A stretch of 38,894 nt of DNA from Thermoplasmatales archaeon (GCA_014874235.1 JACWAC010000001.1:1-38894), one strand, 5' to 3'; counted from the first letter of the stretch, positions 18,164 to 27,019 are shown. A program made the numbers and translations. The notes: a model not told the origin generated them from the letters alone.

Positions 18164-18879
18164 GAGCGGCAAATGAGACTGGACTCAGGCACATAATTCC
18201 ACCGGAATTCCTTGAGCCAAACTGGAGGTTCTGGTCATTCGTTTTCATATCGATTCTGGGCTCTTACCTCATTATTGCTTACAAGGTACCGGTGTATGAT
18301 GGACTCACGGACCCTTTCTACACTCCGACCGTCCTGATCCTTCCACTCGTTGTTCTATTCAGATTGACGTGCTATGCGTACAGGAAGGATTATCACAGAC
18401 ACCTCTTCTACCATCCGAACAGCTGCGCTGCTGACGTTCGCCTCGACGGGAAGAAGAGAGGCTATTCGGGAGAAACCGGATTCTTCAGGGTGGAGAATCT
18501 TCACAGGTATTTCATGTACACGGCATGGGGAGTGCTTCCGTTCTTCTACTACGACATATATCATTCGATTGTATATACGGGAGCAATCACCGTCAGTCTC
18601 GGTACCGTGATTCTGGCAATAAACGCCATTGCTGTGACCATCTACACATTCTCCTGTCACTCCGTAAGGCATCTCATAGGAGGGTACAAGGATTGCGTAA
18701 ACTGCCCGGCCAACCAGAACAGTAAGAACTCCCTCTACAGACTTCAGTCCAGATTGAACGGTCATCACGAAGCGATCGCCTGGACGAGCCTGATAATGTT
18801 CGTGTTCGTTGACCTGTTCATCCGGGGAATGATCGCTGGATTCGTACCAAACATTCTTCTCATCCACATGGGGTTGTGA
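18160..18879 (+). CDS. putative non-canonical complex II membrane anchor (about 5 TM) with a Cys/His motif
   Basis: Its 4-nt overlap with sdhB suggests translational coupling. It has five hydrophobic spans and the motif FSCHSVRHLIGGYKDCVNCP. It shows no resemblance to the SdhC/SdhD pair of the second operon. Confidence 0.6.
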   Translation: MRAANETGLRHIIPPEFLEPNWRFWSFVFISILGSYLIIAYKVPVYDGLTDPFYTPTVLILPLVVLFRLTCYAYRKDYHRHLFYHPNSCAADVRLDGKKRGYSGETGFFRVENLHRYFMYTAWGVLPFFYYDIYHSIVYTGAITVSLGTVILAINAIAVTIYTFSCHSVRHLIGGYKDCVNCPANQNSKNSLYRLQSRLNGHHEAIAWTSLIMFVFVDLFIRGMIAGFVPNILLIHMGL

Positions 18880-18882
18880 GAG

Positions 18883-19053
18883 ATGTTCAAGATACTCCCC
18901 ACCAGGTACAGGTACCCGCTCTTCTTCCTGGGCATACTCCTGATGGAGATAACTGGCGTCCTTTACAAAACGATAGACCTCGGGAAGTATACCGTAGAAG
19001 GGATGGTCGTCACGGGATTCATCGTATTCGCCTTCTCAATTTTGGCCACTTAA
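18883..19053 (+). CDS. 56-aa two-TM microprotein, possible fourth subunit of complex II operon 1 (not in the supplied ORF track)
   Basis: The ATG lies 3 nt after the TGA of the upstream gene. My translation is MFKILPTRYRYPLFFLGILLMEITGVLYKTIDLGKYTVEGMVVTGFIVFAFSILAT, which gives two hydrophobic helices and ends before the AT-rich intergenic region. Confidence 0.45.
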   Translation: MFKILPTRYRYPLFFLGILLMEITGVLYKTIDLGKYTVEGMVVTGFIVFAFSILAT

Positions 19054-19110
19054 TTTATCCAGCTAGGTTGGCTGATATTGAGCCATATTCCAATAAATTT
19101 TTGTTTAATC

Positions 19111-19131
19111 GCACTAAATTTAGTTTAGTGC
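19111..19131. repeat. perfect palindrome GCACTAAA-TTTAG-TTTAGTGC between the two complex II operons
   Basis: Read directly from the sequence. It lies about 58 nt after the microprotein stop and 14 nt before the TATA box of operon 2. Confidence 0.4.
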
Positions 19132-19144
19132 CAAAAACTGAGAA

Positions 19145-19154
19145 TTTTTATATC
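19145..19154 (+). promoter_or_regulatory. TATA-like box TTTTTATATA upstream of complex II operon 2
   Basis: It lies about 29-38 nt upstream of the TTG start at 19183. Confidence 0.4.
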
Positions 19155-19182
19155 GTCAAGAACTTTCTAAACAGGGATCTAT

Positions 19183-20898
19183 TTGGTAGAAATCTTCGAT
19201 TACGATTTAGTCATAATTGGTTCCGGTCTGGCAGGCCTTAGGGCATCCATAGAGGCTGCCAAAACTGGAAATGGGAAGTTGAAAATTGCTATTATTGCAA
19301 AAAATCAGCTGATGAGACCGCACTCGATTTCTGCTGAGGGTGGTTCCGCCGCAGTTCTGTACACGGACGAAGGAGATTCATTCGATCTTCACGCTTACGA
19401 TACCGTGAAGGGATCAGATTACCTGTGCGACCAGGACGTTGTCGAATATTTTGTCAGGCAGGCTCCACTAGACATCCTTGAACTTGAGCACTGGGGGATA
19501 CCCTGGGCGAGGAGGGATGACGGAAGGGTAGCGCAACGACCTTTTGGAGGACATTCATATCCAAGGGCAACTTTCGCAGCGGACAGGACTGGTTTCTACG
19601 AGGTTCACGGCCTTTACGATACGATGTTGAAATACGAGAACATCGACAAATTCCACGAGCAATTTGTCTACGATTTTATCATCGAGGACAACAAATTCAA
19701 GGGGGTAACGGCGTTTGATATTCCAACGGGAGAGATCAGGATATTCAAAGCGAGGGCTGGGATAGTTGCGACGGGTGGTCTGGGAAGATTGTTCGGTTAC
19801 ACAACTTATTCACACCTTGTCACCGGAGATGGACTTGCGATCGCACTCAGACGCGGGATGAGGCTCAAGGACATAGAGTTTGTACAGTTCCACCCGACGG
19901 GTCTGGTACCCTCGGGGATACTGATAACTGAAGGGGTGAGAGGCGACGGCGGTATACTAAGGAACGCGAAAGGGGAGAGATTCATGGAGAAATATGCTCC
20001 AACGAAAAAGGACCTCGCCCCGAGGGACATAGTATCCAGAAGCATGATGACAGAGATACTCGAGGGAAAAGGTTTCAAGGGACCAAATGGACTCGATTAC
20101 CTATTGCTGGACTTTTCTGCAATTGGTGCCGAAAAGATAAAGGAAAAACTATCACAGGTGAGAGAGATAGGGAATCACTATGTTGGATTAGACCCTGTTG
20201 ATTCACCTCTGCCGGTAAGACCATCTGCACATTACACAATGGGTGGAATTGACGTCACTCGAACGGGATTCACCGGAGTGACTGGACTCTGGGCTGCTGG
20301 AGAAGCTGCGTGCCTGTCCATTCATGGATCCAACAGACTTGGGGCCAACTCAACAAGTGAATGCGTTGTTTTTGGAAAGATAGCGGGCGAAGATTCTGCC
20401 AAGTGGCTTCTTTCCGACATCAGCACAATAAATCTTTCAGAGGGAGAGAGGTCGCATGCAGAGAATTTTGTCGCAGATGCCTACAAGGACAAGGGGGACA
20501 ACGATCCTTACGAGATTAAGAGAGTGCTCTGGTCCACGATGGACAAGGACGCTTATGTCTTCAGGAACGAGAGGGACCTTACAGAGGGATTGAAAATTAT
20601 AAAAGGTCTCATAGATAGGAGTGGAAAAATTTCAATTTCTGAGAAGGGCAATGTGTATAACCAGAACCTCATCGCATCTCTCGAGATGAAGAATCTGGTT
20701 GAGCTTGCTGAGGTCGTCGTGAACAGCGCTCTTGAGAGAAGGGAGAGCAGGGGTTCCCATTTCAGAACAGACTATCCCAAGAGGGACGATGAGAATTATC
20801 TCAAACACACAATCGCTCAGAGAGCCAATGGTGGTTTGCAGATCACCTACCGTCCGGTCACGCTTACAAAGTGGAAGCCTGAGGCGAGGGTCTACTGA
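19183..20898 (+). CDS. sdhA: succinate dehydrogenase/fumarate reductase flavoprotein subunit (copy 2)
   Basis: DLVIIGSGLAGLRAS, HSISAEGG, QFHPTG, RGDGG, HYTMGG and RESRGSH. TTG start. Confidence 0.9.
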   Translation: MVEIFDYDLVIIGSGLAGLRASIEAAKTGNGKLKIAIIAKNQLMRPHSISAEGGSAAVLYTDEGDSFDLHAYDTVKGSDYLCDQDVVEYFVRQAPLDILELEHWGIPWARRDDGRVAQRPFGGHSYPRATFAADRTGFYEVHGLYDTMLKYENIDKFHEQFVYDFIIEDNKFKGVTAFDIPTGEIRIFKARAGIVATGGLGRLFGYTTYSHLVTGDGLAIALRRGMRLKDIEFVQFHPTGLVPSGILITEGVRGDGGILRNAKGERFMEKYAPTKKDLAPRDIVSRSMMTEILEGKGFKGPNGLDYLLLDFSAIGAEKIKEKLSQVREIGNHYVGLDPVDSPLPVRPSAHYTMGGIDVTRTGFTGVTGLWAAGEAACLSIHGSNRLGANSTSECVVFGKIAGEDSAKWLLSDISTINLSEGERSHAENFVADAYKDKGDNDPYEIKRVLWSTMDKDAYVFRNERDLTEGLKIIKGLIDRSGKISISEKGNVYNQNLIASLEMKNLVELAEVVVNSALERRESRGSHFRTDYPKRDDENYLKHTIAQRANGGLQITYRPVTLTKWKPEARVY

Positions 20899-20907
20899 GG
20901 TGATATT

Positions 20908-21357
20908 ATGACGATCGAAAACAAGAAAGGATGGATTTCGTGGTTTAACCCCTTCAAGTACGGAACAGACAGATGGATGTACGCTCTCCACAGGTTGACG
21001 GGAATTGCACTGGGCCTTTACCTAATAGCTCACGTTTGGGAAACATCAAACATACTGAATGGACCTGTTACATGGAACAAAATAATGGTCGACCTAGATT
21101 ATCCATTCGGTGCACACTACGGTCCGTATATTCTATCACTGATATTGCTGGTGGCTGTATATCACGCAATGAATGGTATTAGGCTGACGATAGTGGAAAA
21201 TGGCCTTATGCTGCCGAAGCCGTACAGACCCGAGTTCCCATACAAAGCTAAATCCCTCAGGGGACTGAACAATCTCCTCAAGATCGTCCTGGGTATCTTT
21301 ATGATAGTGATCAGCATTGTTGGGGTATACTACATTTTCACGGGGGCGGTTCTGTGA
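20908..21357 (+). CDS. sdhC: succinate dehydrogenase cytochrome b subunit
   Basis: 149 aa, 3 TM, with SdhC-like RWMYALHRLTGIALGLYLIAHV and YHAMNGIRL His motifs. It lies between sdhA and sdhB. Confidence 0.75.
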   Translation: MTIENKKGWISWFNPFKYGTDRWMYALHRLTGIALGLYLIAHVWETSNILNGPVTWNKIMVDLDYPFGAHYGPYILSLILLVAVYHAMNGIRLTIVENGLMLPKPYRPEFPYKAKSLRGLNNLLKIVLGIFMIVISIVGVYYIFTGAVL

Positions 21358-21755
21358 GAGAGTCTCAGATAATGTTCATGCAGTACCTGACGGGATTGCT
21401 CATAGTGGTCTTTGGATCTTTCCATTTCCTGCTGATTAGCGTACTATCCCCAGCTCCAGACAAGATTCTTTACATATACAACAGTTCAACCACCGTACAC
21501 GCACTCGTAGGGGGAACTTTGTTCTACGCCAATGTAAAGGCAGTATACACCTCACTGGCGTGGGGATCTGTGCTAGAGCTGCTACTTACTTTCCTGGTGT
21601 TTCACGTTTTCAATGGATTTAGGACGATACTCTCCGAGCAATTCCCCGGAGGACGGGCTGAGAAGTTCATCACCTATTCCTTGCTCATAATCGCACTGAT
21701 CGTTTTCATATGGGGATCGAGAACTGTTGTAGTTGCACTGAACGGAGGTCTCTGA
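21354..21755 (+). CDS. sdhD: succinate dehydrogenase hydrophobic anchor subunit
   Basis: 133 aa, 3 TM, with His in TM1 (GSFHFLL) and in VFHVFNGFRTIL. 4-nt overlap with sdhC. Confidence 0.65.
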   Translation: MRESQIMFMQYLTGLLIVVFGSFHFLLISVLSPAPDKILYIYNSSTTVHALVGGTLFYANVKAVYTSLAWGSVLELLLTFLVFHVFNGFRTILSEQFPGGRAEKFITYSLLIIALIVFIWGSRTVVVALNGGL

Positions 21756-21756
21756 T

Positions 21757-22560
21757 ATGCAGGAAATTGCACTCAAAGGATTTGGAGAAACTGTGAAGAC
21801 GGTGACCTTCCGGATAAGAAGGTATGACCCAGAGAAGCAGGAACTTCCAAAGTATATGGAATACAAGATCCCGGTCCAGATGGGAATGACCGTTCTTGAC
21901 GGAATACTCTACATAAAGGAGCACTTGGACCACTCACTCTCCACCAGATACTCTTGCAGAATGGGAATATGCGGTTCTTGCGGTATGATCATTAACGGCA
22001 AGGAGAAACTCGCATGCCAGACGCAGATTCTAGAGCTTGGAAAAGACCTGATAAAGGTCGATCCCATGGGCAATTACGGAATCGTGAAAGACCTGGTTCC
22101 GGATCTCTCAAATCTATTCAGGAATCACGAGAAGGTGAAACCGTACATAATCAGGGAAGAGGAGGAACCGAAGAGCGAGTACCTTCAGACTCCAGCCCAG
22201 AGAGAAGAGTATGCGATGTTCACCGACTGCATTCTCTGCGGTATGTGTCTATCCGCCTGCCCAACCAGCGCCACGGACGAGTTATACTTGGGTCCCCAGG
22301 CACTGGCGCAGGGGTTCAGGTACATTTCGGACAACAGGGACCTGGGCTTCAACGAGAGACTGAACGTTCTTGACTCGAAACAAGGAGTGTGGAGATGCCA
22401 CTTTTCTGGAGCATGTTCAGAGGTCTGTCCAAAAGGGGTGGACCCTGCACTAGCCATTCAACTCCTACGACAGGTGATGACTACAAACGTGTTTGTCAAG
22501 TTCAAGCAAAAAGGAACGGCCAACGCACCAGAAAGAAAGTCGGTATCAGGCGTTTCTTGA
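21757..22560 (+). CDS. sdhB: succinate dehydrogenase/fumarate reductase iron-sulfur subunit (copy 2)
   Basis: CRMGICGSCGMIINGKEKLAC, CILCGMCLSACP and CHFSGACSEVCP cluster motifs. Confidence 0.9.
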   Translation: MQEIALKGFGETVKTVTFRIRRYDPEKQELPKYMEYKIPVQMGMTVLDGILYIKEHLDHSLSTRYSCRMGICGSCGMIINGKEKLACQTQILELGKDLIKVDPMGNYGIVKDLVPDLSNLFRNHEKVKPYIIREEEEPKSEYLQTPAQREEYAMFTDCILCGMCLSACPTSATDELYLGPQALAQGFRYISDNRDLGFNERLNVLDSKQGVWRCHFSGACSEVCPKGVDPALAIQLLRQVMTTNVFVKFKQKGTANAPERKSVSGVS

Positions 22561-22590
22561 TGCCGAATTTTTCAAGCAGAAACCAGATAA

Positions 22591-22606
22591 CATATAAATT
22601 TGATAA
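22591..22606 (+). promoter_or_regulatory. TATA-like box CATATAAATTTGATAA upstream of nuoA
   Basis: Centred about 26 nt upstream of the ATG at 22622. It shares the 11-mer CATATAAATTT with the ctaB promoter copy at 1179-1189. Confidence 0.45.
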
Positions 22607-22621
22607 TTCACTTGAGGATGG

Positions 22622-22993
22622 ATGAGCATGACCCCTGAGTTGGCTGCCCTTGCTCTGGCAGTCGTTATTGTACCTATAATAATTGCGATACTGCTCGGAA
22701 CGGCACATCACTTTTCCCCTAAAGCATACGGAAAATACACTCACGATACCTATGAGTGCGGAGAGGTCTCCGTTGGTGACTTTCAGTCGCCCCTGCCACT
22801 TCAGTATTACTTCTTCGTAATGGCATTCGTAGTCTTCGATGTCGACTTCATCCTTCTGCTTCCATGGGCAGGTTCCGTCAGAGCACTCGGAACTGGAATC
22901 TTCCTCGACGTGACTCTGTTTATCGCCATAATGCTTGCTGGACTGTTATATGCATCGAAGAAGGGATACATGAGGTGGTCGAGTGTCGGATAA
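22622..22993 (+). CDS. nuoA: NADH-quinone oxidoreductase (complex I-like) subunit A
   Basis: YECGE ... [15 protein letters not shown] signature. 123 aa, 3 TM. Confidence 0.85.
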   Translation: MSMTPELAALALAVVIVPIIIAILLGTAHHFSPKAYGKYTHDTYECGEVSVGDFQSPLPLQYYFFVMAFVVFDVDFILLLPWAGSVRALGTGIFLDVTLFIAIMLAGLLYASKKGYMRWSSVG

Positions 22994-23441
22994 TATTCTC
23001 GTTACTACCCTCGATGAGGCTCTCAAGTGGGGAACGGGCAAATCGCTCTGGCCTTTCACCTTCGGACTCGCATGCTGCGCTATAGAAATGATGAGTGCTA
23101 TGGGCTCAGATTACGACTGGGCTAGATTTGGTTCTGACGTCTTCAGGGACTCGCCGAGACAATCCGACCTAATGATAGTTTCTGGAACCGTCACTAAGAA
23201 GATGGCCCCAAGGATAAGGAGACTCTACGATCAAATGGCCTTCCCGAAGTTCGTCATCTCCATGGGAGCCTGCGCTTCAGCAGGGGGCCCCTACGTGAGA
23301 GGTTACTCCGTAGTAGATGGCGTAGACCAGGTAGTGCCCGTGGATGTATATGTCTACGGATGCCCTCCAAGACCCGAGGCACTGATACAGGCCCTCAAGA
23401 TGCTCCAGGACAGGATCGTTGCGGGGAAGGTGAAACATTGA
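22983..23441 (+). CDS. nuoB: complex I subunit B
   Basis: [21 protein letters not shown] and GCPPRPEAL motifs (N2 cluster ligands). Confidence 0.92.
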   Translation: MSDNILVTTLDEALKWGTGKSLWPFTFGLACCAIEMMSAMGSDYDWARFGSDVFRDSPRQSDLMIVSGTVTKKMAPRIRRLYDQMAFPKFVISMGACASAGGPYVRGYSVVDGVDQVVPVDVYVYGCPPRPEALIQALKMLQDRIVAGKVKH

Positions 23442-23893
23442 TCCCAATAGAGAGCGAATCGACCACGAAGAATGGGATAAAGATAGTCTACGTTGCAAAG
23501 GAAAACATACTTCCCTTCCTGACGGAGAAGAAACTAGAGGGTTTCGACACCCTGCTGATGATATCTGGAGTTGACTACAAAGACCATCTGGAGGTGCTGT
23601 ACCATCTCCTCTCATCGACCAACAGTTCCCGCCTGATCGTCAAGGCAAAGACAAGCGAGGAGGTCGAATCTGTGACTTCACTCTGGAAGGGAGCGGACTG
23701 GCACGAGAGGGAGACGTGGGATCTGGTTGGAATCAAGTTCAAGAACCATCCAAACCTGAAGAGAATTCTCCTTTCAGAGGGATGGGTTGGCCATCCGCTG
23801 AGGAAGGATTACCCGATGGACAAGAAGCAGTTCGTCAACCTTGCTGATGATGGCGAGGACAGAGTTTCGTACGAGAAGACGGAGGGGTATTGA
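23438..23893 (+). CDS. nuoC: complex I subunit C
   Basis: [27 protein letters not shown] ... HPLRKDYP signature. I place the start at TTG 23438 (TTGA overlap with the nuoB stop). The tracked ORF extends to 23360, but that part lies inside nuoB. Confidence 0.85.
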   Translation: MIPIESESTTKNGIKIVYVAKENILPFLTEKKLEGFDTLLMISGVDYKDHLEVLYHLLSSTNSSRLIVKAKTSEEVESVTSLWKGADWHERETWDLVGIKFKNHPNLKRILLSEGWVGHPLRKDYPMDKKQFVNLADDGEDRVSYEKTEGY

Positions 23894-23894
23894 G

Positions 23895-25001
23895 ATGGAA
23901 GATAAGGTAATAGAGGTAAACTTCGGACCTCAGCACCCTTCGACTCACGGGGTCCTTAGAATCAAGGTAAAGCTGGACGGAGAAATCATAGTAGAGGCAC
24001 AGCCCGTTATCGGTTATCTGCACAGGAATGCGGAGAAGCTCGCAGAGATGGGTGGATACCCTAAGGGAATGATCTACATAGACAGGCTCGACTACGTTGC
24101 TGCCCTTAACATGGAACTGGGATATGTACTGGCAGTAGAGGACCTGATGGGCGTTCAGGTGCCGGAGAGAGCCCAGTGGATCAGGATGATGATGGTAGAG
24201 CTGAACAGGGAAGCATCACACCTCATCTGGTTGGGAACACACGGACTGGATATGGGAATGCTCACGCCTTTCTTCTACTGCTTCAGGGAGAGGGAAAGGA
24301 TCCTGAGAATACTAGACGAAGTGACGGGAAGCAGACTGCTCTATAACTATTTCGCAATAGGTGGGATCTACTCCGATGTCACCCCTAAAGCCTTCGAGAT
24401 GATCAGGACGTGGACGGAGGATTTCGTGAAGAAAATGGAGGAGATCCAGTCCATACTTGGGAAGAGTTATATCTACGTCAGCAGAACGAAGGATGTCGGA
24501 AAGTTAACAGCAGAAGATGTGCTCTCTTACGGCGTCACCGGACCAATGCAGAGGGCATCTGGAATCAAGAGAGACGTCAGGAAGGACGCTCCATATCTGT
24601 TCTATGACAAGGTAAACTTCGAAATTCCAACCAGGACTGAGGGAGATGTCTATGCGAGATTCCTGGTAAGAATAGAAGAGATGAGACAGAGTGCAAGCAT
24701 CGTTAAACAGGTCCTGGAGAAGATACCTCAGGGAGAATTCTACAACAAGAAGTACTCCAAGCCGATGCTCGTCAGACTCAAAACAACCGGGGAATCTTAC
24801 GTTCCGACAGAATCTCCAAAGGGTGAGTTCGCGATCCATCTGATAGGCGATGGTTCTTCGATTCCATACAGGGTGAGAATCAGGAGCCCGAGTTTCGCAA
24901 ACCTTTCATCCATACCCACGATGCTCAAGGGATACAAGATAGCGGACCTTACCGCAGCCGTGAGTTCGATAGACCCGGTATTCGGGGAGGTGGATAGATG
25001 A
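23895..25001 (+). CDS. nuoD: complex I subunit D
   Basis: NFGPQHPSTHGVLR, GYLHRNAEK and a C-terminal DPVFGEVDR. The ATG at 23895 lies 1 nt after the nuoC TGA. Confidence 0.93.
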   Translation: MEDKVIEVNFGPQHPSTHGVLRIKVKLDGEIIVEAQPVIGYLHRNAEKLAEMGGYPKGMIYIDRLDYVAALNMELGYVLAVEDLMGVQVPERAQWIRMMMVELNREASHLIWLGTHGLDMGMLTPFFYCFRERERILRILDEVTGSRLLYNYFAIGGIYSDVTPKAFEMIRTWTEDFVKKMEEIQSILGKSYIYVSRTKDVGKLTAEDVLSYGVTGPMQRASGIKRDVRKDAPYLFYDKVNFEIPTRTEGDVYARFLVRIEEMRQSASIVKQVLEKIPQGEFYNKKYSKPMLVRLKTTGESYVPTESPKGEFAIHLIGDGSSIPYRVRIRSPSFANLSSIPTMLKGYKIADLTAAVSSIDPVFGEVDR

Positions 25002-26077
25002 ACCTTTTCTTCTTCCTGATGAGCATTCTGTACGGAATTGTGAAGTTCCTTCACATCAATTTCATCCCATTCAAGATCGCTGGGTCCCCCGTTGGATTAT
25101 GGATTGCATATTTTATCGTTGCAGTAGTGGAGGTAGTCCTCGTATTCGTTCTCTCATTGGTTGCCGTCATTGTGATCATCTACGTCTTCAGGAAGTACAT
25201 GGCAGATGCACAGAACAGGATAGGACCTAACAGAGTTGGTCCGTGGGGAACTCTTCAGCTGATCGCTGATGTCTTCAAGCTCCTTCAGAAGCAGGACATA
25301 ATACCGACAGCGGCAGACAGGACGGCCTACAAGGTCGCCCCGTATCTGGTTTTCACTCCTGTAATCCTCGGATTCATACTCATTCCATTCGGGAGTGTAT
25401 CTATTCTCAACCTGATGGTAGTGAATTTCAACTACACAATACTGTTCCTGATCGCTTTCATGACTATTGCCCCCGTCGGTGAAATAATCGGTGGGCTGGC
25501 ATCTCACAACAAGTTCTCACTGTTCGGGGCACTGAGGTCAGCAGCCCAGGACATGGGATTCGAGGTCCCCATGTTGATATCCCTGATCTCGGTCATCATA
25601 CTTGCCGGCAGCTACAACGCCAACGACATCGTTACTGCGCAGAGGTTCATTCCTTTCATCGTACCGGAAATCCTGGGATTCATAGTCTTCTTCCTTGCAA
25701 TGATCGGGAGGCAGTCAATTCCTCCCTTCGATCTTCCTGAAAGCGGCAGTGAGCTTGTTAGCGGATTCTCGACCGAATACAGCGGCATGAGGTATGGAAT
25801 ATTCTACATGGGAAACTTCGGCTTCATGGCCCTGTCTGCGTTCGTGGTATCAGTGGTCTATCTCGGAGGATGGGAAGGACCCATTTTCCCGGGCACCATA
25901 TGGCTTGTAGTCAAGGGTGCAGTCTTCATCTTCATATTCCTGCTTACCTGGATCTCGCTGGGAAGGGTCAGGATCGACCACCTTCTGCTAATGGGCTGGA
26001 AGTACCTTCTTCCGCTAAGCGTCATAAACCTTCTGATAAGCGCAGGAATAGCTCTATTCTTCGGGGGGTTGTTCTAG
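24998..26077 (+). CDS. nuoH: complex I subunit H
   Basis: QNRIGPNRVGPWGTLQLIADVFKLL and FDLPESGSELVSGFSTEYSG signatures. 359 aa. Confidence 0.9.
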   Translation: MNLFFFLMSILYGIVKFLHINFIPFKIAGSPVGLWIAYFIVAVVEVVLVFVLSLVAVIVIIYVFRKYMADAQNRIGPNRVGPWGTLQLIADVFKLLQKQDIIPTAADRTAYKVAPYLVFTPVILGFILIPFGSVSILNLMVVNFNYTILFLIAFMTIAPVGEIIGGLASHNKFSLFGALRSAAQDMGFEVPMLISLISVIILAGSYNANDIVTAQRFIPFIVPEILGFIVFFLAMIGRQSIPPFDLPESGSELVSGFSTEYSGMRYGIFYMGNFGFMALSAFVVSVVYLGGWEGPIFPGTIWLVVKGAVFIFIFLLTWISLGRVRIDHLLLMGWKYLLPLSVINLLISAGIALFFGGLF

Positions 26078-26551
26078 ATGACTGATTCCCAAAAGTTTCC
26101 GGGACCGATACAGGGCATAGGCGGTATATTAAAAGGCGTCTGGACCGTGTTCTTGCAGGGATTCAAACCCAAGGTAACAAGACAGGTCCCCGAGGAGAAA
26201 CTCGAATATCCCACAAGAACTACGGGCAGGGTCTTCCTGAATGTCGATACGTGCATCGGGTGCACGCTCTGCGATCAGATATGCCCGAACGGCACTATAC
26301 GCATGGTGGATTTCCATCACGACAAGAAGCAGGAATTCGAAAAGAAATACCCCAACAAGAGGGAGACATATCCGAGCGTGGACGTTTCTACTTGCATTCA
26401 CTGCAATCTATGCGAGGAGATATGCCCTACGGGGGCAATAACACTCGAACCGGAAGTGGATGAAGTCCACTTCATCAGAAAGAACACAAGATATACACCC
26501 GAGCAACTCGGGAAGAAAGAGGCAGAACTCTGGGGAGAGGAGAGACAATGA
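26078..26551 (+). CDS. nuoI: complex I subunit I (2x[4Fe-4S] ferredoxin-type)
   Basis: CIGCTLCDQICP and CIHCNLCEEICP. Confidence 0.9.
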   Translation: MTDSQKFPGPIQGIGGILKGVWTVFLQGFKPKVTRQVPEEKLEYPTRTTGRVFLNVDTCIGCTLCDQICPNGTIRMVDFHHDKKQEFEKKYPNKRETYPSVDVSTCIHCNLCEEICPTGAITLEPEVDEVHFIRKNTRYTPEQLGKKEAELWGEERQ

Positions 26552-26790
26552 TCATCTTTTACATCCTTTCTATAATGGCTATAGTGGCTGCGTTGCTGGC
26601 GGCCTCAAACAAGAATCTTCTCCATTCTACACTATGGCTGACGTTCCTGGTAGTGGACATAGCCGGAATATTCTTCTACCTTGAGAATTACTTCATTTCG
26701 GCCATTCAAATTCTGGTCTATGCCGGTGCGATAATCACGTTGATCCTCACTTCCGTGATGCTTTCAAGGAGGTACCAGGATGCGGAATAA
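26548..26790 (+). CDS. nuoJ: complex I subunit J, N-terminal half (split gene)
   Basis: 80 aa. The pattern AIQILVYAGAIITLILTSVML is typical of the first half of NuoJ. Confidence 0.72.
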   Translation: MIIFYILSIMAIVAALLAASNKNLLHSTLWLTFLVVDIAGIFFYLENYFISAIQILVYAGAIITLILTSVMLSRRYQDAE

Positions 26791-27019
26791 GTTTGCCCTC
26801 ATCCTATCCGTCCTCCTATTCCTGCTGATGCTTACGTTCGTCCAGCTTGGAGCTTTCCCGAATGGGACTATTCCGGTGAATACTGGGACTTCGGGTAGTG
26901 CCGGAATCACTCAATCTCTGTTCACGACCTACCTGCTTCCATTCGAGATTGTGACTTTCCTTCTAGTGGCAGCCATGCTAGGTGCAATGTACCTTGGTGA
27001 GAGGAGTGATAACAAATGA
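26780..27019 (+). CDS. nuoJ: complex I subunit J, C-terminal half (split gene)
   Basis: 79 aa. LFTTYLLPFEIVTFLLVAAMLGAMYL matches the conserved C-terminal NuoJ helix. It overlaps the previous ORF by 11 nt in another frame. Confidence 0.68.
   Translation: MRNKFALILSVLLFLLMLTFVQLGAFPNGTIPVNTGTSGSAGITQSLFTTYLLPFEIVTFLLVAAMLGAMYLGERSDNK

Noticed and set aside
18355-18867. 170-aa ORF antisense to the complex II operon 1 anchor gene
   Set aside because: The sense frame is translationally coupled to sdhB and gives clean TM helices. The antisense product has no motif or hydrophobic pattern.
18876-19241. 121-aa tracked ORF spanning the gap between the two complex II operons
   Set aside because: It reads through the AT-rich palindrome and TATA region and into sdhA2. 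The 56-aa ORF in another frame (18883-19053) is a more coherent membrane peptide.
26548-27019. Calling split nuoJ a pseudogene
   Set aside because: Both halves keep their conserved helices. The second half has its own ATG overlapping the first ORF's end within a tightly coupled operon. A functional split subunit is at least as likely, so it is kept as two CDS and flagged for checking.
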